Origin: Puia sp.
GTDB taxonomy: Bacteria > Bacteroidota > Bacteroidia > Chitinophagales > Chitinophagaceae
Direction of reading: 5' to 3'
NCBI GenBank assembly: GCA_041481385.1
Contig: JBGPBW010000001.1
Location: 1,531-65,530 of the forward strand
Length of the DNA: 64,000 nucleotides
Part shown: piece by piece, positions 27,510 to 38,100 of the stretch
Layout of the letters: every line of letters starts with the position of its first letter
Numbering within the stretch: the first letter of the stretch is position 1
Translations under genes and position numbers: made by a program
The notes under the pieces: model-generated
What the model saw: the letters and a program-made list of their open reading frames with translations, nothing else
What the model was told of the DNA's origin: nothing
The model's database searches: none

Positions 27510-27634
27510 TTGTTAATTGTCAATTGTTAATTGTTAACGCAGATATACAGCTTGCTGATTAATAGTTGAGCTTAAATATTCAGCTGACAAATAATATAGC
27601 TGATAGAACTAAAGGCGTTAACAATTGTCAATTA
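27508..27634. repeat. AATTGTY heptamer array plus its inverted copy, bracketing a convergent intergenic region
   Basis: aattgtt aattgtc aattgtt aattgtt aacgc (27508-27540) and gcgttaacaattgtcaatt (27615-27633); each begins in a stop codon. Confidence 0.75.
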
Positions 27635-30556
27635 GTTCTTCTGTTTTTGTTCATGAGAGGAAAAATTCAGCAGGAAATCAAAAAGGTTGGTTTCTGTGTT
27701 TATTTTTAATTTTTTCCTCAGTCTGTACCTGCCGATTTCCACACCCCGTACTGAAATACTTTCAAGCTGTGCGATTTCCTTGCTGGACAAATTCATCCGC
27801 AGATAAGCACAAAGTTTCAGTTCGTGCGGACTCAGTGCCGGGTAGACGTTCTTGATGTTGCTGAGAAAATCGCTATGTACGTGGTCGAAATGCTGGGCAA
27901 ATTGTTCCCAGTCCTTGTCCATTTTATTTTCCTCGCTGAGAATACGCATAATCTTTTTGAATTCGTCAGGCGCTGCATGACCATTTGCATTTTTCTTTAT
28001 GCGACTCATTTCTTCCTTTATGTTACCAAGTAATTCGCCTTTTTGAACAAGATGCATGGCGGTGGATGCCAGCTCGGTGTTTTTAAAGGCGATATCCGCC
28101 TCCAGTTTTTCGTTTCTGAGTTTTACAATTTCTTTTTCCGATTTATCCAACTCCAGTTCATGCAAGTAAGTGAGGCGCTTTTGCTCCTCCTCATATTTCT
28201 GCTGCTGTTCCAGAAATATTTGTTTCTGCCAGCGGAATATCAGATAAATCATGCAACCGATGATCAGGGCATAGGTCAGGTATGCCCAGTTGGTCTGATA
28301 CCAGGGTGGCATAACGACAAACCGGTAAATTTTAATGGAGGATTCATTACCCAGATTGTTTTTCGCCTTTACCTGAAATTCATAACTACCTGGTGGAAGG
28401 TTTGTATATTCCTTCTCGGATTTTTTCGACCATGCTGACCAGGATGGATCAAATCCACTTAGTAAATAACTGTACTGGACATTAGATTGCTGGGCATATA
28501 CCGGAGCAGAATATTCAAAGTGCAGGGAGTTCATATTGCTACCTACACTGGGAACAGCCGACGCCGGCTGGATCAGGGGCTGGTTGATCTGATCAAAATA
28601 TCCGCCGAACAGGAGACTGTCGCCATGCCCAAATGCTTTTACGGATCGGATCATCACATCGAGCCCATACCGGTTCTTTTTGTACAACTCGTAGTTAATA
28701 TGATAGAATCCTTTTTCGCAGCCTACCAGGATATTGGCGTTATTATACGGATCCACATTTTCCCAACCACTCACCATTTTTCCGTTCAATTCAGGGAAAT
28801 AAATGATTTTGGGTGTTTTCCAGGAAAAATCAATCACGCCCAGATTTTTGTCTTCTACAAACCATATATTGCCAGACGCATCTTCTTTCAGGTAGCGGAT
28901 ATTACGGATTCCAAAAAACTCTTTGAAATAATCCGATAACTCAAAGCGGTCTGTTTTCGAATCATACTCGTAAATACCTTTTTCAGTAGCCACAACAATC
29001 CGGTTCAATACTTTAAATAACTGATTCTTTACGGAAGAGGGCAGGCCCTGTTCTTCCTTATATAAACGGGCGGATGCAGCTTTGCCGGGATGCAGGTCTA
29101 TTTTATAGACGCCCCTGTACGGATGTCCAACCCAGATGGTATTATTATTATCAATTGCCACAAACTGGGAGTACTCGCTGAATCCCGGAATATTTCCTTT
29201 GGAAACGAACCGGTTATTTTCCCATTCCAATAAATCCAGGCCCGATTCATTTCCAGCGAGAACAAGCTTGGAAGGAAGCACATTGTAAAAAGGAATAAAA
29301 CAGTGATACTCCACCCCTGAATTCAAAGGCAGGGGTTGACCTGCATGTAATGCATATACCCCATCATGATGGCCCAGCAACAACTCCCCATTCATTTTGG
29401 CCAGGCACCAGGAAGACCCCTTAGTATAAGGAAGGGGTGTAAAGTCGCCGTCCACGAAACTGAGATCTGTCTTTCCTTTTAGGGGTACGGTATAGAATCC
29501 ATTTGAAGTACCCACATAAAGCGCATCCTGGTAAATCAGGGAGGTATATCCTTTGCCTTCATTTAGCTTTTCCGGATAAATATGTTTGATCGCGTTATTA
29601 TATGCGATGAAATCAATGCCATCGTCAAGCCCAAGCCACAAATTGTTGTCCTTATCCAGAAAAAGGGTCAGTATATTATTAAGTTGTAATCCTTCCTTTC
29701 GGGATAGATTCTGGATCACTTCACCTTTTTTATTGATCACATAACAACCATTCAGGTTGGTGCCTACCGCAATCCAGTCATGTGTTATGGGGATCGCTGT
29801 CAGAATGCGCTGGTTTTTTAAAGGATTCATTCCGGCAAAACGGAAAGGGGTCAGTTTGTCCCTATTCAATATGTAAAAACCAGATGTGATTGTGGTCAGA
29901 AAACAACTGTCGGTGCCGATTGAAAACAGCGAGGATACAATATAACCGCGGGGAAGCGGACTCTGATCCAGATAACTGGTCCACAATCCGTTATTGAACT
30001 TCATCAGGCCGGTTTTCACATCCTGGGCAATCAGGAAGTTGTTCCCTGTACCCAAAAATGTCCACTCACTGGGTGCTGGATAAACTGTTATGGAATAGCC
30101 ATTGTACTGAAATATTTTCTCTTTGGATCGGAAAAAAACGTCATTGCCCAGACAGACGATATTCCAGATTTCCTTAAACGAATAATCTTTTTTGGGCAAC
30201 AGAAATTTGAGGGACGTGAAACTCAGTTTACCATTGTGGTCAGGAGAAAAATAGCCGAAATCATCCTGTCCGCCTGCATAAATCCGGTTGTCCTTGCCCA
30301 TAAGGATGGAACGGACGATGGATTTATTAGGAAGGGAATACAGTTTCCATGAGGAACCATCAAAACTCAGCAATCCTTCCAGGTTGGCAAAATATATAAC
30401 ACCGTTCTGGTCTTCAACAATGCCCCTGTTTTCCGTCCCCGCCCCGTAATTGTTATTAGAGTAATTGATGATATCGGGTATGCCAATGGGATTTTGCGCT
30501 TTTACCAAAACTGCGCAGCAGACCAGGAAGATAATGGGCATCCGCTTCATGTGCAA
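27632..30556 (-). CDS. Membrane-anchored one-component regulator: periplasmic Reg_prop propeller, Y_Y_Y, TM, coiled coil and LuxR-type HTH
   Basis: Signal peptide; propeller repeats; KEYTNLPPGSYEFQVKA (Y_Y_Y); PPWYQTNWAY plus TM; C-terminal LSPHELKLCAYLRMNLSSKEIA...RYRLRKKL. No kinase or receiver domain. Confidence 0.88.
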   Translation of the reverse strand: MHMKRMPIIFLVCCAVLVKAQNPIGIPDIINYSNNNYGAGTENRGIVEDQNGVIYFANLEGLLSFDGSSWKLYSLPNKSIVRSILMGKDNRIYAGGQDDFGYFSPDHNGKLSFTSLKFLLPKKDYSFKEIWNIVCLGNDVFFRSKEKIFQYNGYSITVYPAPSEWTFLGTGNNFLIAQDVKTGLMKFNNGLWTSYLDQSPLPRGYIVSSLFSIGTDSCFLTTITSGFYILNRDKLTPFRFAGMNPLKNQRILTAIPITHDWIAVGTNLNGCYVINKKGEVIQNLSRKEGLQLNNILTLFLDKDNNLWLGLDDGIDFIAYNNAIKHIYPEKLNEGKGYTSLIYQDALYVGTSNGFYTVPLKGKTDLSFVDGDFTPLPYTKGSSWCLAKMNGELLLGHHDGVYALHAGQPLPLNSGVEYHCFIPFYNVLPSKLVLAGNESGLDLLEWENNRFVSKGNIPGFSEYSQFVAIDNNNTIWVGHPYRGVYKIDLHPGKAASARLYKEEQGLPSSVKNQLFKVLNRIVVATEKGIYEYDSKTDRFELSDYFKEFFGIRNIRYLKEDASGNIWFVEDKNLGVIDFSWKTPKIIYFPELNGKMVSGWENVDPYNNANILVGCEKGFYHINYELYKKNRYGLDVMIRSVKAFGHGDSLLFGGYFDQINQPLIQPASAVPSVGSNMNSLHFEYSAPVYAQQSNVQYSYLLSGFDPSWSAWSKKSEKEYTNLPPGSYEFQVKAKNNLGNESSIKIYRFVVMPPWYQTNWAYLTYALIIGCMIYLIFRWQKQIFLEQQQKYEEEQKRLTYLHELELDKSEKEIVKLRNEKLEADIAFKNTELASTAMHLVQKGELLGNIKEEMSRIKKNANGHAAPDEFKKIMRILSEENKMDKDWEQFAQHFDHVHSDFLSNIKNVYPALSPHELKLCAYLRMNLSSKEIAQLESISVRGVEIGRYRLRKKLKINTETNLFDFLLNFSSHEQKQKN

Positions 30557-30653
30557 TCAATCTAAACCAAAAATAAGGGTAATACCCGTCAAAAATGCCA
30601 GTACGGACCATGGGGATGCTGAGCAGTCATTTTCCCCGTTTAGAAATTTTTCG

Positions 30654-30724
30654 TGATGTAGTGATGATGTAGCCTCTTTTGGCAGTTATCGTTTATTTTT
30701 TATGCTGATGTAGTATTGAAGTGG
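30654..30724 (+). promoter_or_regulatory. Operator array 2 in the regulator/PD40-protein divergent promoter
   Basis: TGATGTAG-tga-TGATGTAG at 30654 and TGATGTAG-tat-TGAAGTGG at 30706 (52 bp offset); -7-like TAATTTCA at 30756. Confidence 0.8.
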
Positions 30725-30801
30725 CAGGAAAATGTATCTTCCCTGTATTCGAATTTAATTTCACCATCCACGATTTTATTCACTATTATCAATCAATTTC
30801 C

Positions 30802-32304
30802 ATGAAGCAGCTGCTTGCCCTGGCCGGAGTCCTTTTCTCAGTTGTTCTGTATGGTCAAAATCCTGTTGGAATTTTTGAGGACCATGCAGATGTTGGTACC
30901 AATGTTAAACCGGGTTCTGCAACCTTTGTTCCCCAAACGGGTCAGTACATCATCTCCGGAGCCGGTTACAATGTTTGGGCTGATCATGATGAGTTTCAGT
31001 TTGTATGGAAAAAAGTGAAGGGTGATTTCATTTTATCGGCGCGGGCCGAGTTTCTGGGAAACTGGGTAGGCTATCACCGCAAAGTGGGTATTATGGCAAG
31101 GAAAACCCTGGATGGTAATTCTGCCCATGTCAATACCGTTGAACATGGAGACGGACTCACCTCCCTTCAGTTCCGAAGGACGGCCGGAGCGCAAACGGAG
31201 GAGATCAAAGCAAAAATCACCAAGGCTAACATTATTGAGTTGGAACGACGCGGCAATCTTTATATAATGCGGGCCGCTGTTTGTGGTGAGCCCTTTATAT
31301 CCGACACGATCAATAATATTGATCTGGGTGAAGAAGTGTATCTGGGTCTTTTTGTGGGTTCTCACAACTCGGATATTGTTGAAACGGGCGTGTTCAGCAA
31401 TGTCCGGCTTACCGTTCCATTTAAAGGCATATCTGACCAAACGACAGACATGACCCTTGGTAGTAATCTTGAAATTTTGGAAGTGGCTTCCGGCAAAAAG
31501 GATGTCATTTATACGGTGCCTTATTCCATTCAGGCGCCCAACTGGAGTCCTGTCGGAAATTTTCTCGTGTTTAACGACTACAAGGGCCTGATTTATCGGT
31601 TTGATCTGGATGCAAAATCAGTTTCCCCGATAAGTACAGGAACCATCACCAACAATAACAACGATCACGTGCTTTCTTTCGATGGAAACAGGCTGGGTCT
31701 GAGTAGCAACGTCAAAAGTCTGGGCGGATCCATCATTTACACAGTGCCTGTTACCGGGGGCGTTCCGAAACAGGTTACACCCAAAGGACCATCTTATCTG
31801 CATGGATGGTCACCCGATGGAAATACACTTGTATTCTGCGGCGAACGAAACGGTGAATTTGATGTCTATAAAATTCCGTCAGCAGGCGGACCGGAAACAC
31901 GTCTCACGAATACCAAAGGTTTGGATGATGGTCCCGAATATACTCCGGACGGGAAATATATTTATTTCAACTCCGTACGATCCGGGTCGATGCAGATCTG
32001 GCGAATGAAACCCGATGGGAGCGAACAGGAACAGGTAACCAACGACGATTTCAACAACTGGTTCGCTCATATTTCTCCTGATGGCAAATGGATAGTTTCT
32101 ATCTCTTTCCTCAAAGAAGAAGTGCAGCCAGGAATACATCCCCCATATAAACATGTGTACATCCGGTTAATGCCTTTCAGTGGTGGACCGGCTAAAGTGA
32201 TCGCTTATTTCTACGGTGGTCAGGGAAGCATTAATACACCTTCCTGGTCGCCCGACAGTAAACGGGTTGCCTATGTGAGCAATTCAGTAATAAATGGAAA
32301 TTAG
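30802..32304 (+). CDS. Periplasmic ConA-like domain plus PD40 (TolB-like) beta-propeller protein, paralog 1
   Basis: Signal peptide from ATG 30802; WSPDG, YTPDG and ISPDG repeats; N-terminal lectin-like sandwich. Confidence 0.82.
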   Translation: MKQLLALAGVLFSVVLYGQNPVGIFEDHADVGTNVKPGSATFVPQTGQYIISGAGYNVWADHDEFQFVWKKVKGDFILSARAEFLGNWVGYHRKVGIMARKTLDGNSAHVNTVEHGDGLTSLQFRRTAGAQTEEIKAKITKANIIELERRGNLYIMRAAVCGEPFISDTINNIDLGEEVYLGLFVGSHNSDIVETGVFSNVRLTVPFKGISDQTTDMTLGSNLEILEVASGKKDVIYTVPYSIQAPNWSPVGNFLVFNDYKGLIYRFDLDAKSVSPISTGTITNNNNDHVLSFDGNRLGLSSNVKSLGGSIIYTVPVTGGVPKQVTPKGPSYLHGWSPDGNTLVFCGERNGEFDVYKIPSAGGPETRLTNTKGLDDGPEYTPDGKYIYFNSVRSGSMQIWRMKPDGSEQEQVTNDDFNNWFAHISPDGKWIVSISFLKEEVQPGIHPPYKHVYIRLMPFSGGPAKVIAYFYGGQGSINTPSWSPDSKRVAYVSNSVINGN

Positions 32305-32339
32305 CAAGCGGAAATAGACTCATTCTTTAAATTCATATA

Positions 32340-33191
32340 ATGAAATCAAGACGGGACTTCATAAGAGAAACAGCACTTGCCGGCACTGGTGGTTTACTCC
32401 TATCCGGATTCATGCAAAATAAAAACTTAATCCCACAGCTTAAACAGGTAGGCGTACAATTGTATTCTGTAAGAAAGGAAATGCTTGGCGATCCCAGCGG
32501 CACGCTGATCAAGCTGGGAAAAATTGGTTACCAGGAAATTGAATCAGCCCAAAGTGATAAAGGCAATTATTATGGACTGACGCCGAAGGAAATAAAGAAA
32601 ATCATGAAAGACCTGGGTATGCACCTTCGCAGCGGTCATACTCATATTGACAAAAACTGGCAGCGTTCCATAGATGAGGCAGCAGAAGCAGGCCAGGAAT
32701 ACATCATCTGTTCCGTGCTGCCTTTTCCGGGCCAAACGATTGAGAACTATCAGAAAAGTGCCGATATGTTTTCTCAAGCCGGTGAACAGTGCAAAAAAAG
32801 CGGATTGTTATTTGGATACCACAACCATGAATCCGAATTTGAATCGGTAGATGGCCAGGTATTGTATGATGTATTACTGAATCGGGTACATCCCGGTCTG
32901 GTTCATATGGAGATGGACCTCGGATGGGTTATCGCAGCCGGTAAAAATCCGCTGGATTATTTTTCAAAATATCCCGGACGTTTTCCACTGTGGCACCTGA
33001 AGGATATGAATGTTGCTGAAAAGAAAAGTGTGGAATTTGGTAAAGGTTCGGTGGATATCACTACACTACTGCAACACCGCGCACAGGCAGGCATGAAATA
33101 TTATTTTGTTGAACAGGAAGAATATGAAGTAAACGCTTTCGACAGCCTGGATTATGATTATAACTGGCTGGTTAAGAACTATAAATCGTGA
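32340..33191 (+). CDS. Tat-exported sugar phosphate isomerase/epimerase TIM barrel, paralog 2
   Basis: SRRDF Tat motif; YHNHESEF, MEMDLGW, WHLKD and FVEQE. Confidence 0.9.
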   Translation: MKSRRDFIRETALAGTGGLLLSGFMQNKNLIPQLKQVGVQLYSVRKEMLGDPSGTLIKLGKIGYQEIESAQSDKGNYYGLTPKEIKKIMKDLGMHLRSGHTHIDKNWQRSIDEAAEAGQEYIICSVLPFPGQTIENYQKSADMFSQAGEQCKKSGLLFGYHNHESEFESVDGQVLYDVLLNRVHPGLVHMEMDLGWVIAAGKNPLDYFSKYPGRFPLWHLKDMNVAEKKSVEFGKGSVDITTLLQHRAQAGMKYYFVEQEEYEVNAFDSLDYDYNWLVKNYKS

Positions 33192-33234
33192 AGCCTGTTT
33201 TTTAACAAGCCTGAGAAAATCAAAAATGAATTTG

Positions 33235-33264
33235 AAGTGCTCCTTGAATGGGGCATTTTGTTTT
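33235..33264 (+). terminator. Intrinsic terminator after TIM-barrel paralog 2
   Basis: aagtgctcc-ttgaat-ggggcattt stem followed by tgtttt. Confidence 0.55.
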
Positions 33265-33320
33265 ATTCGAAAAGCATAAAATGCACTGGACAATTCCCGT
33301 TGGGCGGCTGGCCTTACGCA

Positions 33321-33391
33321 TGATGTATTAATGAAGTATCCTTTCAGGCTGATTCACCGGATATTGAGTAACTGATGTGGTATTGATGTAG
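33321..33391 (+). promoter_or_regulatory. Operator array 3
   Basis: TGATGTAT-taa-TGAAGTAT at 33321 and TGATGTGG-tat-TGATGTAG at 33373 (52 bp offset). Confidence 0.78.
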
Positions 33392-33422
33392 TAAAAAATA
33401 TTGGAAAAGTGGAAGGGCAGAA

Positions 33423-33430
33423 TAGATTTG
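33423..33430 (+). promoter_or_regulatory. -7 box TAGATTTG
   Basis: Exact TAnnTTTG starting 32 bp after the end of operator array 3. Confidence 0.65.
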
Positions 33431-33447
33431 ATGAAACGATTCTGCTC

Positions 33448-34986
33448 ATGAAATGTATTCCAGTTCTGCTACTTATCTTTTTTTCGCTTTCCTGTTTTTC
33501 CCAAACCCCAATCGGTGTTTTTGAAAACCAACAAGATATCGGTTATGTAAAACATGCAGGCTCCTCAATATATGACGCAGCCAGTCAATCGTACATCATA
33601 AAAGGTTCCGGCGCAAACATCTGGTTTAATGAGGACCAGTTCCATTTTGCGTTTAAGAAAATATCGGGGAATTTTTTACTCACTGCAAACTTTGAATTTA
33701 CGGGAGATACTGCTGGGGCTATAGGACACAGGAAAATCGGATGGATGGTTCGGGAAACTGCGGACGCGGATGCCGTGAGTATGAATGGCTGTGTACATAT
33801 CGACGGATTGATTGCATTGCAATGGAGGGAAATGAAGGGCGCATTTATGCAGGATCCGCAAGGCGAGATTTTTTCTGCCAAAAGGGGTTTGCAGACCATG
33901 CAGCTGGAACGCATGGGTAAAAAGCTGATTATGCGAATGGCCAATTGGGGCGAGCCGCTGCAATTCGTGGGTGAACATGATCTTATCGATTTGACGGATA
34001 CGGTTCTGGCGGGAATTTATATTTGCTCGCACGATTCAAATACCCTGGCTACTGCGCGGGTCTGGAATGTGCGCATCGATCACCCGGTCGAAAATCCCTA
34101 TCAGCCAAATCCACTGTTGGCAAAACCGCCACCCACAGCTGTGATGGGCAGCCGACTGGAGCTTGTGGATATAACGGACGGAAACCGGAAGATTATCTAC
34201 GAATCAAAAGGTCGTTTTGAAGCACCAAACTGGATGCCGGATGGGAAAAAATTACTATTCAATGATCACGGTTCCCTGTATACGATTCCCGTCGAAGGAG
34301 GAACTCCGGAGAAATTAAATACCGGATCGGCTTCAAAAATCAATAATGACCACGGTATATCATTCGACGGAAAAATGCTGGCCATCAGTAATTCCAGAGA
34401 GGGTATGCCGGGAGGAGGTTCTTCTGTTTATATCCTTCCGCTCAACGGTGGTGAGCCGCGACTGCTCACGGAGCAGACGCCGTCTTACTGGCATGGTTGG
34501 AATCCCAATAATAAGGAAGTATGTTTTGTTGCCCAGCGCGGTACGAGGATTTACAATCTCTACAAGCAGTCCATAAACGGAGGAAGCGAAATACAACTCA
34601 CGTTTAACACAAAGGGCCATGTGGACGGTCCGGAATATTCTCCTGATGGAAAATATATTTATTACAATGCCAATCCTACAGGCACGATGCAGATCTGGCG
34701 GATGAAACCTGATGGTTCAGGAAAGGAGCAGATCACTTTTGATCAGTACCATAACTGGTTTCCGCATATTTCTCCCGACGGAAAATGGATCGTATACATT
34801 TCATTTCCGCCGGATATTGATCCCAATGCGCATCCAACATATCAGCGGGTCATGCTTCGGCTGATCCCGGCAGCCGGGGGTGCTCCAAAGGTTTTGGCTT
34901 ATTTGTTTGGTGGACAGGGTACGTTGAACGCCCCGTCCTGGTCGCCCGATAATAAATGGGTTGCATTTGTAAGTAATTCGGAATAA
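33448..34986 (+). CDS. Periplasmic ConA-like domain plus PD40 (TolB-like) beta-propeller protein, paralog 2
   Basis: Signal peptide from ATG 33448; WMPDG, YSPDG and ISPDG repeats; shares SMQIWRMKPDGS/TMQIWRMKPDGS with paralog 1. Confidence 0.82.
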   Translation: MKCIPVLLLIFFSLSCFSQTPIGVFENQQDIGYVKHAGSSIYDAASQSYIIKGSGANIWFNEDQFHFAFKKISGNFLLTANFEFTGDTAGAIGHRKIGWMVRETADADAVSMNGCVHIDGLIALQWREMKGAFMQDPQGEIFSAKRGLQTMQLERMGKKLIMRMANWGEPLQFVGEHDLIDLTDTVLAGIYICSHDSNTLATARVWNVRIDHPVENPYQPNPLLAKPPPTAVMGSRLELVDITDGNRKIIYESKGRFEAPNWMPDGKKLLFNDHGSLYTIPVEGGTPEKLNTGSASKINNDHGISFDGKMLAISNSREGMPGGGSSVYILPLNGGEPRLLTEQTPSYWHGWNPNNKEVCFVAQRGTRIYNLYKQSINGGSEIQLTFNTKGHVDGPEYSPDGKYIYYNANPTGTMQIWRMKPDGSGKEQITFDQYHNWFPHISPDGKWIVYISFPPDIDPNAHPTYQRVMLRLIPAAGGAPKVLAYLFGGQGTLNAPSWSPDNKWVAFVSNSE

Positions 34987-35028
34987 AAAGTTCAGCTCTT
35001 GGTGGTTTACGGTTAAGCAATGAGAACA

Positions 35029-35067
35029 GGCCCCGCTCCCTGTTCGCAGGGAGGGGCCATTCTTTTT
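35029..35067 (+). terminator. Strong hairpin/terminator upstream of susC
   Basis: ggcccc-gc-tccctg-TTCG-caggga-ggggcc followed by attcttttt. Confidence 0.65.
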
Positions 35068-35132
35068 AAATCTGTACTGCGTAAAATCGGACGTCAAAAT
35101 AAAGTTCCTTTTAATCATTTCTAAAATAATAA

Positions 35133-38100
35133 TTGCTTATGCCAAAGAAAAAAACCGGGCTACAAAAGATGTGTTGCATTCTTTTGGTGATTCTCCTGTT
35201 TTCATGCACCGCATTTGCCCAAAGAACAGTTACCGGGAAAGTAATGAACAAAACAAATCAGCAGCCCGTTGCCGGAGCAACCGTGCTGGTTAGGGGAACT
35301 GTGATTGCTACTCAAACGGATACTTCAGGTTTTTTTAGCATCGTGGTTCCCAAAAATAATACCGACCTGGAAATTACATCGGTCGGATTTGAGAACATGG
35401 TGCTGTCCGTTGCGGGAAAAACGACAACCGGAGAAATCCTGCTCACGATAACGGCCGGTAATCTGAACGAGGTTTTTGTAACCGGATATTCTTCTCAGAA
35501 AAAAAAGGATATCACCGGTGCGATTTCAATTGTGAATGTAGCCGACATGAAACAAACACCATCCGGAAGTACAGAGGCATTGTTGCAGGGACAGGCTTCA
35601 GGTGTAACGGTTAACACGACTGGTGCGCCGGGCGGGGCTTCTGTAGTGAATATCCGGGGCATTACCTCATCTGGTAATTCTGCTCCCCTGATTCTGATCG
35701 ATGGTGTGCCCGGAAGTATGCATGATATCAGTTCAAGTGATATCCAGTCTGTCCAGGTTTTAAAAGATGCAGGTGGGTCGGCCATTTACGGTGTACGCGG
35801 ATCCAATGGAATCATTGTAATTACAACTAAAAAAGGCACGCCGGGCAGAGTAAGGATTACGTACGACGGGTTTGTTGGAAGTCAACAACCATTAAGCAAA
35901 AGCTGGTCTTTGGCTACTCCTACCCAAACAGGAACTGCCAAATGGGCTCAGTATTTTAATGATGGTCTTACTGCCAGTGATCCGCAATATGGAAGTGGGC
36001 CAACACCCGTGGTGCCCTACTATATCACACCAACCGGTGCTCCCCAGGGAGCCCCAAATACCAGTGCAGCTGACTATAATCTCTACTCAAATCATATTAC
36101 CCTCGCCGACCAAAACGGCAATAACTGGTTCAACGATATTTTCAAGCCCGCACTGATCATGGATCATAATCTGTCTGTAAGCGGAGGTTCTGGTAAATCG
36201 TCCTTTTTCTTTGCTTTTAACTACTTGGATCAGCAGGGCACGCTGATCGAAACCAGTTTAAGACGTTATTCCGTACGCGTCAATACAAATTTTAGTTTTG
36301 CCGATGATCATATTCATGTCGGGGAAAATGCTTATGTTTTTTACAAAACCAATCCCGGATACCTGAACGCGCCCGGAGTGAATTCGACGAATTCCATCAA
36401 CGCTGCTTATCAGCTTCCCAATATCATTCCGGTTTATGATATTGTAGGCAATTATGCGGGTGGCATTTCTCAGGGCCTGGGCAACGCATCCAACGCAGTG
36501 GCAATCCAGCAACGCCAGGCAAATAATCAGAGCCGGGACTACCAGGTTATCGGAAATGTTTTTGCCGATGTGGATTTCCTGAAACATTTTACCTTCCACA
36601 CAAGCGCAGGCGGAACATTTGATAATTACTATTTTGACGGGTTTGCCACCACACCTTATGAAAACGCTGAAAATAATCATGCAGCCAACCTGTATACGGA
36701 AACCTGGGGATCGAATTCCAGCCTGATTTGGACCAACACTTTGAATTACAACAATACAATTGGTAAAAATAATTTTACCATTCTTGGTGGTACCGAATAT
36801 CTGTATAATACCGGCCAGGGAGTGAACGCAACCAGAGGCAATTATTATATCACCGATTCCAGTAACTTAACCGTATCGCCAAATCTCTGGACCCTGAACT
36901 TCGGACAGGCTTCTACCCAAACCAACAATTCAAGTATCATCGGAGATAACGGCATAAGGACTCCATATCAGCTGGCCATATTTTCAGTTTTCGGCAGACT
37001 GGACTATAATTATGACCAGAAATATTATCTGAGTGCCACACTTCGAAGTGATAATTCTTCTGTGTTCGTTCCTGACCAGCGCAACGGTATTTTCCCTTCC
37101 GTTTCCGCAGGCTGGATGCTTTCTGAAGAATCTTTCATGCGGGATGTAAGCTGGTTAAATTTGCTTAAGATACGTGGCAGCTGGGGGAAACTGGGTTCGA
37201 TCAGTAATATCAATCCCACCAATGCCTATACTTTATATGGGCAACAGATCAACCAGTCTTACTATGATATCAATGGTACCAGTAATAGTCCAACCGCAGG
37301 TCTTTATGTTAGCCAATATGGAAACCCCAATACGACCTGGGAACAGGATATCATAACTGATGCGGGATTTGACGCGAGTATTATAAAAAACAAACTGGAT
37401 TTCAGTTTTGACTGGTATAAGAAACTGATCAGTGGCCTGCTCTTTGTTCCCGCAGTTCCGGGAACGAATGGAGGAACGCTGGACCCCTTCCTGAATTCAG
37501 GTAACGTTCAGAATACGGGTATTGATGCTGCACTTACCTACCACGGAAGGATCCAGAATGATTTGAGGTTTGATATCACCGCAACTTTTACATCATACAA
37601 CAATAAAGTAGTAAGCCTTCCTGCAGGGACCTTATATATTAACCAGCCCATTGGTGCGCAAACTGTAACATCCAGGATACAACCCGGTGAGCCCCTTGGT
37701 GAATTTTTTGGCTACCAGGTAATTGGTTTATTCCAGAGTTATACTGACGTGAAAGGTTCTGCTGCGCAGCAGGACGCTGCTCCGGGCCGGTTCAAGTATG
37801 CTGATGTAAATAAGGATGGGGTGATCAACGGTGACGACAGAACCTTCTTTGGTAATCCCAACCCGAAATATTCAGCAGGTCTGAATATCTCGGTGAATTA
37901 TAAAAACTTTGATTTCTACACATTCTTTTATACACAGGTTGGAAACCAGATTATAAATAATGTAAAATCTTCAACCGATTTCCCGCAGGGATTTGGAAAC
38001 CAGATCAGCACCAATGTGGCGCTCAATTCAGCCAGGTTGATTAATGACAACGGCCAACCAACCAACATCAATGATCCAACTGCGCATGTAGCCAATACCG

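Noticed and set aside
26622-33191. Calling the TIM barrels iolE or iolI because miox is nearby
   Set aside because: Both have Tat signals, the rest of the Iol pathway is absent, and the family is too broad for that assignment.
30721-34986. Calling the two PD40 proteins tolB
   Set aside because: No tolQ/R/A or pal nearby, the N-terminal domain is lectin-like rather than TolB_N, and they sit in a sugar-type regulon.
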